From an uncultured Gammaproteobacteria bacterium (GTDB lineage Bacteria; Pseudomonadota; Gammaproteobacteria; UBA9214): DNA of 64,000 nt. Positions within the stretch are counted from its first letter, which is position 1, and every line of letters starts with the position of its first letter. The notes below the pieces were generated by a model. The model saw only the letters and a program-made list of their open reading frames with translations. It ran no database searches and had not been told where the DNA came from. Location: contig CAVVHS010000008.1 of assembly GCA_963748215.1 (NCBI GenBank), positions 128,001 through 192,000 on the forward strand, given 5' to 3'. This document shows, piece by piece, positions 44,457 to 53,416 of the stretch. Both the position numbers and the translations under genes were made by a program.

Positions 44457-45722
44457 CGTTTGTTGCTCCTTAGGTTGGCGGTGCGCTCAGTGTGATATGT
44501 ACCACGAGATGTGTGGACCTTCGATACGGATTTTGTTTGGTACCGGCACCCGGCAGGCAAATTGGCCTGCGTGGTTCCGGAATATGCTCCTCGGACAGGA
44601 AACGTGCCGATTATAAGCCAGCGGTGTCTGGCAGACCGGCGGGGTGAGGAAAGCCCCTGCGCACCGGCACAACAGCGCAGGCTGGCGGGCAAAGCAACGA
44701 CTGGCACGGAAAGACCGACAGGCTTTTGGCGGAGTTGTCCGGCAGGGGGCTGGACGATCCGGCTGCATGCTTCCAGGGCGTCGTTCGGTGCGCGTCGGGA
44801 TCTGCCGGGCACTTGCCGGGAGCTAGCACGCAACGCGACACGGCGGCGGAACCGGATAACCTGACCGAGGCCGCCAGCCGGGCGAAGAGAATCTCTCGTA
44901 ATAATCCCGTAGCGGCCATGCGCGCGGGGCGAACCCACCCAGGTGCCGCCTAATGGTCTGTTATAGACGGACGACACGGATCCACGGGTGGACCTGAACC
45001 ACCGACACCGGCAGTCTGTGCGGCAGTGCATGGCTGTTTTTTGTTGTTTACACGGCATTAAACGGGGCTTCGGTGGCCCCGGCGTCACAGCAGTGCATCA
45101 TCGTGTCCCGGGGAAGTCCCTTACGATGGGTTGAGGATGCTCGATCAGGCCGGCCTCATAAGCCACTGGACCCGACTTAAAGACATTCGCCACGGGGACG
45201 CACCTGAATGTGCCCGGCCCGGTCACGGCAGCGATCCGCGAAAATGTCATTCGGAAGTACGTCACGCGGTCCTGAATCACCTGTAACCGTCCATGTCGAA
45301 AAGGACGCGCCAGGAAAACGGCTTGCCCGGTGACACTTAGTCTTCCTGTGCCGCGACGAGGCACTGGCCATGCACAGAACCCTGCCGGAACGTTTCCGAG
45401 CCACCCCCGGGGTGAGGTGCGAAATTACGGGCTGCTGGAATAGCCTCGCTGGAATTTCATCAGTTACTGACGGGGATTCGCCGGCACATGGTAAAGGTCA
45501 GGAGTTCTCGAGGCATTTCGAACTGCGCCGCCCCCACTTACAATGAATCGTTTATTCAAATCGCACTGACCACGGCATCCGGCCTCTTTTGGCCCGCAGC
45601 GGATTTCATGCCTGGCTGCGTTTCGAACACATCGTCGATGCCGTCCGAAAAACAACGCCTGTCTGTTAAACTTGCATCGCCGGCCATACTGCAGCTGGCA
45701 ATGCCATGGAGACGAAAAAAAG

Positions 45723-46424
45723 ATGACCAGATTCCTTATGTTGGTGTTATCAGTCCTGTTCACATTCAGCGTGCAGGCCACCGGGTTACCGCCTGCATTC
45801 AAGGCCCATTACCTGGTCAAGAAGGGACCAATTGAACTCGGTCGCGCAACCCATGAACTGAAGTATGCTCCCGGCGGAGAACTGGTATACGAGTCCGGTT
45901 CCGACACGACCGGCCTGGCTGACCTGCTGTTCTCCGATCACATTCGGGAAACCACGCGACTGAAGCATGATGGCGCACGCCTGCTGCCGCTGGAATATCG
46001 CTATAATCGCAGCGGCAAGCGCAAGCGCACGATGTCACAGGAGTTCGACTGGACACTGGGCAAGGTCATCAGTCGTGTCGATGACACGGTTACCGAGTAT
46101 CCCCTGCCCCCCCATACGCTCGATCCGAGCGGTTACCAGGTCAGCCTGATGCTTGACCTTGAGAAGGGAGAACGGAAGTTCACTTACCCGATCTCGGGAA
46201 AGAATGACATACGCAGCTACGATATCGAGCATATCGGTGATGAACGCATCGATACCGTACTGGGAAAACTGAATACCGTTGTTATCCAGCGCAACGACAA
46301 GCGAATCACGACCATGTGGTGCGCCTACGATCTGCATTTTCTGCCTGTAAAAATCCAGCACGAAGAAAATGGCGGTGTCTTTACTGCTTACCTGGAATCG
46401 GTCGAAGGACTGGCCATGCCATGA
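45723..46424 (+). CDS. DUF3108 family exported protein
   Basis: Signal peptide, F.A.Y, P..Y.Y, D..GYQ..L, GE.I.T..G...TV, T.WCA..L..LPV.I. Confidence 0.8.
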   Translation: MTRFLMLVLSVLFTFSVQATGLPPAFKAHYLVKKGPIELGRATHELKYAPGGELVYESGSDTTGLADLLFSDHIRETTRLKHDGARLLPLEYRYNRSGKRKRTMSQEFDWTLGKVISRVDDTVTEYPLPPHTLDPSGYQVSLMLDLEKGERKFTYPISGKNDIRSYDIEHIGDERIDTVLGKLNTVVIQRNDKRITTMWCAYDLHFLPVKIQHEENGGVFTAYLESVEGLAMP

Positions 46425-46891
46425 CAACAGGCTGGCTCACTCACTGCAACGGCTGCAGGACCGGTACTGTCAAATCACCACATTCTGTGTGCTGTGGCAG
46501 GATCGGTGTGCGGCAATGACGGACGACAAGCCGGAATAATCCAGTGTCCGTTATTCATCGGTCGTCCATTTCTGACCTGCGCGGTCATACACACAGACAG
46601 ACCGGAGCCGAACTGACACAGGCCTGGGCCACAGAGTTATTGCCAGCGCACCTTCATGCAACTTCGACGTGGTAATCCACGGGGAAGACCGGCAATGCGC
46701 ATGGCCGGGGAATGGACTACGCACCATGGCAGCCCCTGCCCTTGAACACAAGCGCGGGATGCCCCTGTAGATCCATGACCTACATCGCCGTGCCTTACCG
46801 CTCCGGATTCGAGCATGATTATGCAGGTGTCTGTCAAAAATCGATTCTTGATGTCACGCTTATATCAAGCGGGATATATATTCCGGTTATT

Positions 46892-46914
46892 AACTGGAAT
46901 ATTTTATACCTGTT
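46892..46914. promoter_or_regulatory. Candidate Rrf2/NsrR-type operator upstream of the DsrC-like gene
   Basis: Imperfect 9-5-9 palindrome aactggaat-atttt-atacctgtt, with a related half-degenerate copy at 46867-46888. Confidence 0.4.
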
Positions 46915-46981
46915 TTAACATTATCAGGCTGTACCGTGAGGAGTCCAGCACCATTCCGGATTGACTGCGGGAGACAGGATC

Positions 46982-47626
46982 ATGCTGCGTATCCATGTAT
47001 CAATGAAATTCACCAACCAGCCGGTCAAGCGAACACCGGTGATTCTCTATCTCGATACCAACCCTGAACACCCGATCGAGGGTGCTACCGACCGCACTGG
47101 CACAGCGGAATTCGACATACCACCCGCGAGCGGCAAGGTGATGATTAACGGCGCCGCGCGCTACCATGGCCGCCTGGAGGGCGATGTGGATATCAGTCTC
47201 TGGTCACCAACCGACGCGGGCACGGTCGCCGAATCCGGGACACCCGGTGGCGATGCAGGCGGCAGCATCGCCTACCCCGGCATGCAGACCCGCACGCTCA
47301 GTATCGATGGAACCGAAGTACAGACCGACAGCGAGGGTTACCTGGTCAATCTCGATGACTGGTCGGAAGCCTTTGTGCGCGCAGAGGCCGAACACGAAGG
47401 CCTTGCGCTTACGGATGAAGTCTGGGAGGTGATCCGTTTCCTGCGGGATTTTTACGAGCAACACCGGGTCCAGGCCAATGTGCGTGAGATCATCAAGCAT
47501 TTCCGCAAGGTGTGGGGACCTGAGCTGGGCAGCAATCACCATCTGCATGCCATCTTTCCGCGAGGCGGCCCGCAGAAACAGGGCAACCGGCTGGCGGGAC
47601 TGCTGCGCACCAAGGGTGAACACTAG
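46982..47626 (+). CDS. TusE/DsrC-like protein lacking Cys, with extra N-terminal beta domain
   Basis: TDSEGYL..L.DW.E, W.VI.FLR.FY, L...FP.GGP.KQG.RLAGL; ends RTKGEH; about 100-aa N-terminal extension. Confidence 0.85.
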   Translation: MLRIHVSMKFTNQPVKRTPVILYLDTNPEHPIEGATDRTGTAEFDIPPASGKVMINGAARYHGRLEGDVDISLWSPTDAGTVAESGTPGGDAGGSIAYPGMQTRTLSIDGTEVQTDSEGYLVNLDDWSEAFVRAEAEHEGLALTDEVWEVIRFLRDFYEQHRVQANVREIIKHFRKVWGPELGSNHHLHAIFPRGGPQKQGNRLAGLLRTKGEH

Positions 47627-47827
47627 GAGCCTGTCGGATTTGGCACTGATCTACTGCGCCGGCGGGACAGCGGCCCATTTTCCGATCCTCCTCGTCAAAT
47701 AGCTACGGCTATTCTCCTCGAACGATCGAAAAAATGACCTCGTTCTCCCACCCGGCTCGCTACGATCGCCCAAGTCCGACAGGCTCCTAGCCCGCATGCG
47801 GCATCACGGGCGTCTTCAGGTTCGGGA

Positions 47828-48262
47828 CTATGCGATGTGCAATAACCGCACCATGGCCGAGCGGTTTGCAAGCAGGTCAGCCAGCGTGTAGGTATCGAGC
47901 ACGGCATAAAATGCCTGTACTGCCTTATGAAAGGCACCGCGCAGCTTGCACGCGCTTTCGATACGGCAGTCCGAAGCATCGGTTGAAAAGCATTCCACCA
48001 GCACGCTGCCCGCCTCTGACTTGCGGACTATCTCACCAATGCGGATACGGTCCGGAGCGATTTTGAGTTGTACCCCGCCCCCTTTGCCACGCGTCGTTGT
48101 CACATAACCCTGCGACGACAGAAACAGTATGATTTTCATCAGGTGATTTTTGGAAATGCCATAGGCTTCCGCAATTTCCCCCACGGACGCGCGCTGGTCG
48201 CGGTGCGTGCCAAGGTAGATCAATATGCGTAGCGAATAATCTGTAAATGTCGTCAGTCGCAT
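47828..48262 (-). CDS. nsrR: NsrR-like Rrf2 transcriptional regulator
   Basis: MRLTTFTDYSLR.LIYL, ISKNHLMK, RGKGGG, three Cys (VECF...CRI..AC.L). Confidence 0.9.
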   Translation of the reverse strand: MRLTTFTDYSLRILIYLGTHRDQRASVGEIAEAYGISKNHLMKIILFLSSQGYVTTTRGKGGGVQLKIAPDRIRIGEIVRKSEAGSVLVECFSTDASDCRIESACKLRGAFHKAVQAFYAVLDTYTLADLLANRSAMVRLLHIA

Positions 48263-48371
48263 GTAGGAGTACCAGTATTCACCCTGCCTGCAGGACCGGC
48301 TCGAGTCACAACATCTTCAACCACCGGTGGTTTGCCAGCGATACACATGGATTTAAACCGGCGGACAATAA

Positions 48372-48394
48372 TTGTAGTATATTATATACCTTTT
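48372..48394. promoter_or_regulatory. Candidate NsrR box between divergent nsrR and nnrS
   Basis: gtagtat-attat-atacctt resembles gATGyAT-N5-ATryATc and shares AT-ATTwT-ATACCT with the site at 46892. Confidence 0.4.
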
Positions 48395-48510
48395 CAAGGT
48401 TCTGTGTCTGAATTCCAGCGAACCCGGTCGTTACGAACAGACGGACGCAGCCTGTTGCCTTGCATCCGACCATGAAGATAGAAAACAACCCGAACCTGCA
48501 TTGAACCACT

Positions 48511-49716
48511 ATGATGACGCCAGTAACGAATATTGATGACCCGGAATCCAGACCCGTTCCCCGGTTCGCACTTTTCGAACTCGGTTTCAGGGCATTTTTT
48601 CTGTTCGCGGGCATTACCGCATTGCTGCTGGTGCCAATCTGGGTTTACGCCTATGTACGGGGCTATCTGGAGTTCGGCTATTACAGTGCCCTGACCTGGC
48701 ACAGTCATGAAATGATTTTCGGGTACGCAGCAGCGGTGATAGCAGGATTTCTACTGACCGCAGTGCGTAACTGGACCAACATCCAGACGCCCCGCGGAGT
48801 CGCGCTGGCAAGCCTGGTTGCGCTATGGCTGGCAGGCCGGGTGGTACCGTTCTTTTCCGGGGTGATGCCGCACTGGAGTATTGCTGTTGTGGACATGGCA
48901 TTTCTCCCTGTGCTTGCTGTCACCCTCTCGGTTCCGCTGCTGCGCAGCCGGCAGAAACACAATCTGGTATTTCTGTTCGTCCTCGCCGCCCTGACAGTGG
49001 CCAACATCATGGTGCATTTGCAGATCCTCGGGATTACCGAGGCAACAGCAAAACACGGCATCTATTTCGCCGTTTACCTGATCGTGCTCCTGATCGCGAT
49101 TCTCGGCGGACGGGTCATACCGTTCTTCACAGAGAAGGGCATTGTCGGCGCCAGAATCAGGCGATGGGCAACCGTCGAGTATGTTTCATTGGGCAGCCTG
49201 GGTGTATTGACAGTGCTGGATCTGGTGGACGCAGCGCCGCCAGCAGTTATCGTCTTTGCAATACTCACCGCGCTTGGACACGGGATACGGCTGTTTGGCT
49301 GGTACCAGCGGACGGTCTGGTCAGTCCCGTTACTCTGGGTGTTGCACCTGGGCTACGCCTGGCTGGTGGCGGGTTTCATACTGAAGGCGTTGTCTGCGGC
49401 CGAACTGATCAATCCCATGCTGGCTATCCATGCATTCACAGCAGGTGGCATTGGCACAATAACGCTCGGCATGATGGCGCGAGTAGCGCTAGGCCACACG
49501 GGGCGTGTATTACGCGCAGGACCGGCCATGACCTGGTCCTTTGTGCTTGCCAACCTTGCGGGTGTTTCACGGGTATTTTTATCGTTACTATCCCCTGGCA
49601 GATACAGCGAATGGATTGTATTGGCCGGCGTCTTGTGGAGTGTGGCGTTCGCGATATTCGTGATTACCTATTCCGGTATCCTGATTCAGCCTCGCCTAGA
49701 CGGGCGGCCGGGTTGA
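48511..49716 (+). CDS. nnrS: NnrS family membrane protein
   Basis: LGFRAFFL, WHSHEMIFGY, GFLLTAVRNWT, GGRVIPFFT, RVALGHTGR, PRLDGRPG. Confidence 0.95.
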   Translation: MMTPVTNIDDPESRPVPRFALFELGFRAFFLFAGITALLLVPIWVYAYVRGYLEFGYYSALTWHSHEMIFGYAAAVIAGFLLTAVRNWTNIQTPRGVALASLVALWLAGRVVPFFSGVMPHWSIAVVDMAFLPVLAVTLSVPLLRSRQKHNLVFLFVLAALTVANIMVHLQILGITEATAKHGIYFAVYLIVLLIAILGGRVIPFFTEKGIVGARIRRWATVEYVSLGSLGVLTVLDLVDAAPPAVIVFAILTALGHGIRLFGWYQRTVWSVPLLWVLHLGYAWLVAGFILKALSAAELINPMLAIHAFTAGGIGTITLGMMARVALGHTGRVLRAGPAMTWSFVLANLAGVSRVFLSLLSPGRYSEWIVLAGVLWSVAFAIFVITYSGILIQPRLDGRPG

Positions 49717-49834
49717 GGTTCCATCGGTTCGTCATCCTTGAGCTGAAACCCCTTGCATGACGTTCCACACCTGATAGCTTCAGACGAATATTTTCAGCAT
49801 TTTTCTGGCGGGATACCGTCATTGTTCAAGCCGG

Positions 49835-50032
49835 GTGCGCGATGCCGCGGTCGAAACACTGGAGGGTTTCCTGGAGTCACCCTCTCCATTTATCTATCGC
49901 GCCACCTTGCAGCCGGGTCAGGGACTGATCAGCAACAACGTCCTGCATGACCGATCCGGGTTTGACGACGATAAAGGGCACACCCGGCAGCTTTACCGGC
50001 TGCGCTATTACCAGCGCATGACTGCTACCTAG
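49835..50032 (+). pseudogene. C-terminal fragment of a TauD/TfdA-like dioxygenase
   Basis: L.PGQGLISNNVLHDRS.F.D...R.LYR.RYY.R; no N-terminal part or good start. Confidence 0.6.
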
Positions 50033-50131
50033 AAACCAAACGGGGTCAGCGCTCTTCTTCGTACAGATCAGGCTGAAATCCGGTTCGAGGATAGGAATAT
50101 GGCTACTGGACTCTTACCCAACCGGCTGCTG

Positions 50132-50599
50132 TCAGATATCCCATTGCCGCTTTATCTTCGAAGTATCGAACTCAGCCAGTTTGCGTAACAGCTCATCGCG
50201 GCTGGTTTTCAGGATATGACTGGCCATGGGCAGGAAGATATCCTCCTCTTTCTCATGATGCTTGATCATCTGGTAGTCGAGATGCGCCAGGCACTCGAGT
50301 ACGTGGTCCGAGTCCCGGGTCCTGATGACCCGCGCCGTGTCCCGGATCAGGCGGATGATATCGGTATGCTCCTCCCGCAGCGCCATGGTCGGACCCTGTG
50401 GTGCCTGGGGTGATGATTCATAGGCGGGATACAGCACCTCTTCCTCCAGGGCCATATGCCGCTTCAGGTGCGTAACGAGTTCATGGATTATCTGATCAAC
50501 GGCCCTCCAGTCCTCTGTTTCCACGGCATCCCGGCATCGGGACAGCAGGTTTTCATACAGGGAGTGTTCATGTACCAGCCAGTTGTCCGTGCGGTTCAT
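50132..50599 (-). CDS. Hemerythrin/HHE domain protein
   Basis: H...EE..LYP, EH, HH.KEE.IFLP. Confidence 0.88.
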   Translation of the reverse strand: MNRTDNWLVHEHSLYENLLSRCRDAVETEDWRAVDQIIHELVTHLKRHMALEEEVLYPAYESSPQAPQGPTMALREEHTDIIRLIRDTARVIRTRDSDHVLECLAHLDYQMIKHHEKEEDIFLPMASHILKTSRDELLRKLAEFDTSKIKRQWDI

Positions 50600-50626
50600 G
50601 GGCGGATAATCCTTATTACAGTCGTT

Positions 50627-51112
50627 CTAACCGAGTGTGCGTTCGTAGAGTGGCAAGGCCTGCCGTGCGAGCCGGCTTACCTGCCTGGGCAACCAGAGTG
50701 AATCCACGTCCAGGCCGTCCAGAAAATTCTTCACCTCCAGACCCAGTTCCGTGTCACCTTCCATGCGCAGCCGGCGCTGGAAAAACAGGGTATCGGCGTC
50801 CTCGCGCCGCGCGGTCAGCAGCAGGAACGCGTGCAGGGTGCCGGTAATGGACAGGTCGACCATGGCTTTCACCCGGCTGGCTGCCAGCGCCCCCTGCTGC
50901 AGGGTAATACAAAAGCTCAGTTGCATGTCGCGAACATGAATCCGTACGGTGCGCCCCTGGAGGAAGTCCAGTTCGCCGTTCCGCAAGGCACGGGCAAGAA
51001 TGCGGTTGAGGACGGTCACGACCGCCATGCCGTGCACCCCGCGTGGGATAATGGCAAGCGGCACTGACAACAGATGGGGGAACAGCGGTGCCCTGGTTTG
51101 TGAATCAGTCAT
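50627..51112 (-). CDS. ubiT: UbiT (SCP2 domain) anaerobic ubiquinone biosynthesis accessory factor
   Basis: G.LDFL.GR, R.ED.DTLFFQRRL..EGDTELGL.VKN.LD; FNR box upstream. Confidence 0.88.
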   Translation of the reverse strand: MTDSQTRAPLFPHLLSVPLAIIPRGVHGMAVVTVLNRILARALRNGELDFLQGRTVRIHVRDMQLSFCITLQQGALAASRVKAMVDLSITGTLHAFLLLTARREDADTLFFQRRLRMEGDTELGLEVKNFLDGLDVDSLWLPRQVSRLARQALPLYERTLG

Positions 51113-51195
51113 AGGTAGTCTCCTGCGTGCAGTCCCGGATCGACCGGGAGACCAGCGGATTCGCGTATTGTCCGTCATGTTCACGCAGCGCAGCC

Positions 51196-51209
51196 TTGAT
51201 TGTGATCAA
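51196..51209. promoter_or_regulatory. FNR box upstream of ubiT
   Basis: TTGAT-TGTG-ATCAA, perfect consensus. Confidence 0.85.
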
Positions 51210-51338
51210 GTCCCTCTACGCACATCGCCCGGTTCCTGCCCGGGCAAGCAAGATCCTGACAGTCAGCGCGCCTGGACCAGCCACAGCCGGGATTTGTCGT
51301 GAAAGTGCAGCCACCAGATGTATCAAAGGGATGAGAAT

Positions 51339-51387
51339 TGGTCGGGGCGAGAGGATTCCATCCTCCGCCCTCCGGCACGCCATGCCG
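51339..51387 (-). pseudogene. Decayed 3' half of tRNA-Pro(GGG); likely integration (att) scar
   Basis: Minus strand reads cggcatggcgtgccggagggcggaggatggaatcctctcgccccgacca, matching the anticodon arm, T-arm and acceptor end with CCA of proteobacterial tRNA-Pro(GGG); D-arm and 5' half absent. Confidence 0.7.
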
Positions 51388-51520
51388 CCACAAGGGTGAT
51401 ACTTATTGTTATTACTGTTAATTTCCGGGGTGGGCGTTACACCGGCCGCAGGAATTCCTGACCATACCGGATTCGAAAGCGGGGTAACCTTACCTGTCCG
51501 GTTTCGCTCGCCCCGCTCCG

Positions 51521-51619
51521 TCCCATGGCAACCGCCAGGATCATCAGTACGATGTAAACCTGCATGATCAGTGGGGGTAGAAATACCGACAGATCGGCAA
51601 ACGGATTGCTGGTAATCAT
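51521..51619 (-). pseudogene. aprM: N-terminal fragment of AprM (APS reductase membrane anchor)
   Basis: MITSNPFADLSVFLPPLIMQVYIVLMILAV with RBS ggaggg, recognised from memory of AprM N-termini; similarity stops after about 33 aa. Confidence 0.6.
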
Positions 51620-51978
51620 TTCAATTACCCTCCATCCTGGCCAGCTCTTTATGAACCAGGCTAACGACGGTATGGCCGCTTCGAGCGCCAGCCACCAACC
51701 GGGATATCCGTATGAGACAAGTCGATCAACGGACATGCATCAGCACTGTATCCCCGCCACCCTGTTCACGCTTCAGGTCGATGTTTAGGTAGCGGGTCTC
51801 GACTTCTCAAACGCGCTGCCACAGGAAGCTGTGGCGACCCCAGGCAACGCGACTTCAATCGATAATAACACCTCCTATTCTGCAGAAAATCATGCAGTGT
51901 ATAAAAAATATGGATCTTCCCCTGATTGAGTGGGTAACACATCAATTCAGACGAGACGCATTGCCTCTAATGGTAATA

Positions 51979-52184
51979 GGCCGAATTCATTCGGCCATTC
52001 ATGTTCCAGCAGGCGTGCTGCGGTGATATCCGTAAACAAAGGATGACGACCGCGGGTAACGGTGGTGATGCAATAGACGTGATGGTGCAGGGAATGACGC
52101 CCCCTGCGCAATGCGTCACAGGACAGGGCGACCTCCTTGTTTCCTATGGCAACAGGCTGTTGGCCGAATGAATTCGGCCCTGCA
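51979..52184 (-). mobile_element. RAYT (REP-associated tyrosine transposase) 5' fragment flanked by two inverted REP palindromes
   Basis: ggccgaattcattcggcc at 51979-51996 and its inverse at 52162-52179; between them LRRGRHS....YCITTVT.GR.PLF.D..AAR after RBS aggagg. Confidence 0.7.
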
Positions 52185-52363
52185 ACGGTAATCTACCCGC
52201 TCGATTTGGGTAAGAGTCAAAAATATTTGACGCCCTTTTCCCCCGCGTCTACGTACAGCTTGCAGCCACCGCCGAAAGCCACTCTGGCGCGTCCGGGAGC
52301 ATAATCGGCCATGTTTACCTGCGCCGGGCCTTTGGTGAAACCGCCTGTCTTTCCCTCGTGCAC

Positions 52364-53116
52364 TCAGCCCTGGTCGCCGCGCGCGCATGGTGCACGATAC
52401 GGCTCGGGAACATTCTCCGGGCATTCGCCACAGCGTTCATTGCCGGGCACGGCAAAGTCGATTTTGCGCGGATAAGGCAAGTCCATGTTTTCCATGATCC
52501 TGACAAATTCCTGCAGCGTCTTACCCTTGCCCAGGCGTGGATTGCGCGCCTTTTCCTGTCCAATCGTAGTAATGAAGCGACCCTCGTAATCGTGGCAGGG
52601 ATATACCAGCGTCTCGTCCGGCAGGGTAAAGAATTTCTCGTGAATACTGCGGTAAAGGGTTGCCGCATCGCCGGACTGAAAATCCGTGCGGCCGCAGGCA
52701 TCAATCAGCAGGGCGTCACCGCTGAACAGCAGCTTGTGCGTGCCGTTGTCGACAAGATAGGCATGATGGTGGCTGGTGTGGCCTGGCGTGAACAGCGGGT
52801 GCAGCACGATATTGCCTATACGGAATGGCTCACCCTCCCTGACGCCGATATCGGCACAGGGCAGTTCGTCAATGGCCGGAAAGACCATGCGGCTGCCGGT
52901 CAGTTCGCGCAGACGTCGCGCGCCTGTGAGGTGATCGGCATGAACATGCGTGTCGATCGTGTAGTCGAGCTTCAGACCCATCGCCTGCAGGATGGACACA
53001 TCGCGCTGCGCGGTATCCAGCACCGGGTCGATCAGTGCCGTTTTGCCGCTGTCCGGACAACTGACCAGATAGGTAAAGGTGCTCGAGTCGGGCTCGAATA
53101 ACTGCCTGAAGATCAT
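52364..53116 (-). CDS. sdo: ETHE1-type persulfide (sulfur) dioxygenase, MBL fold
   Basis: MIFRQLFEP.SST.TYL, IDPV, THVHADH.TG, TPGHT, GDALLI..CGRTDFQ, YP.HDY, EK..NPRL. Confidence 0.9.
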   Translation of the reverse strand: MIFRQLFEPDSSTFTYLVSCPDSGKTALIDPVLDTAQRDVSILQAMGLKLDYTIDTHVHADHLTGARRLRELTGSRMVFPAIDELPCADIGVREGEPFRIGNIVLHPLFTPGHTSHHHAYLVDNGTHKLLFSGDALLIDACGRTDFQSGDAATLYRSIHEKFFTLPDETLVYPCHDYEGRFITTIGQEKARNPRLGKGKTLQEFVRIMENMDLPYPRKIDFAVPGNERCGECPENVPEPYRAPCARGDQG

Positions 53117-53416
53117 ATGTCCTCCTGCGTGTGGCGATTTCGTCATTGTCGCCTGTAAACGATTGCCTGGACAGTCCTGCTCCCGAAGAAACCGCCCCTG
53201 GCCTGTCTACCCGCCAGGTCCTGCTGACATCCGCCTGAATCCATTAACCGCGGTCTCACTCCGCTTCAGCAGCTGGAATACTGGAAGCCTGTTACGCACA
53301 TCGCTCCGTGCCGGATACCACCCGTGGACAGGCGTGAAAGGCGCCGATCGGTCCGGACATACCAGGCATACGCGGTTTAATCGCATGCCGGGCCATGCCA
53401 GGCTTCGACCCGTCGC

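Noticed and set aside
44641-44960. RNase P RNA (gaggaaagccc and gaacccacccagg resemble conserved regions)
   Set aside because: GAGGAAAGUCC is not exact and the CR-II and CR-V (ACAGAA..CGGCUUA) signatures are missing
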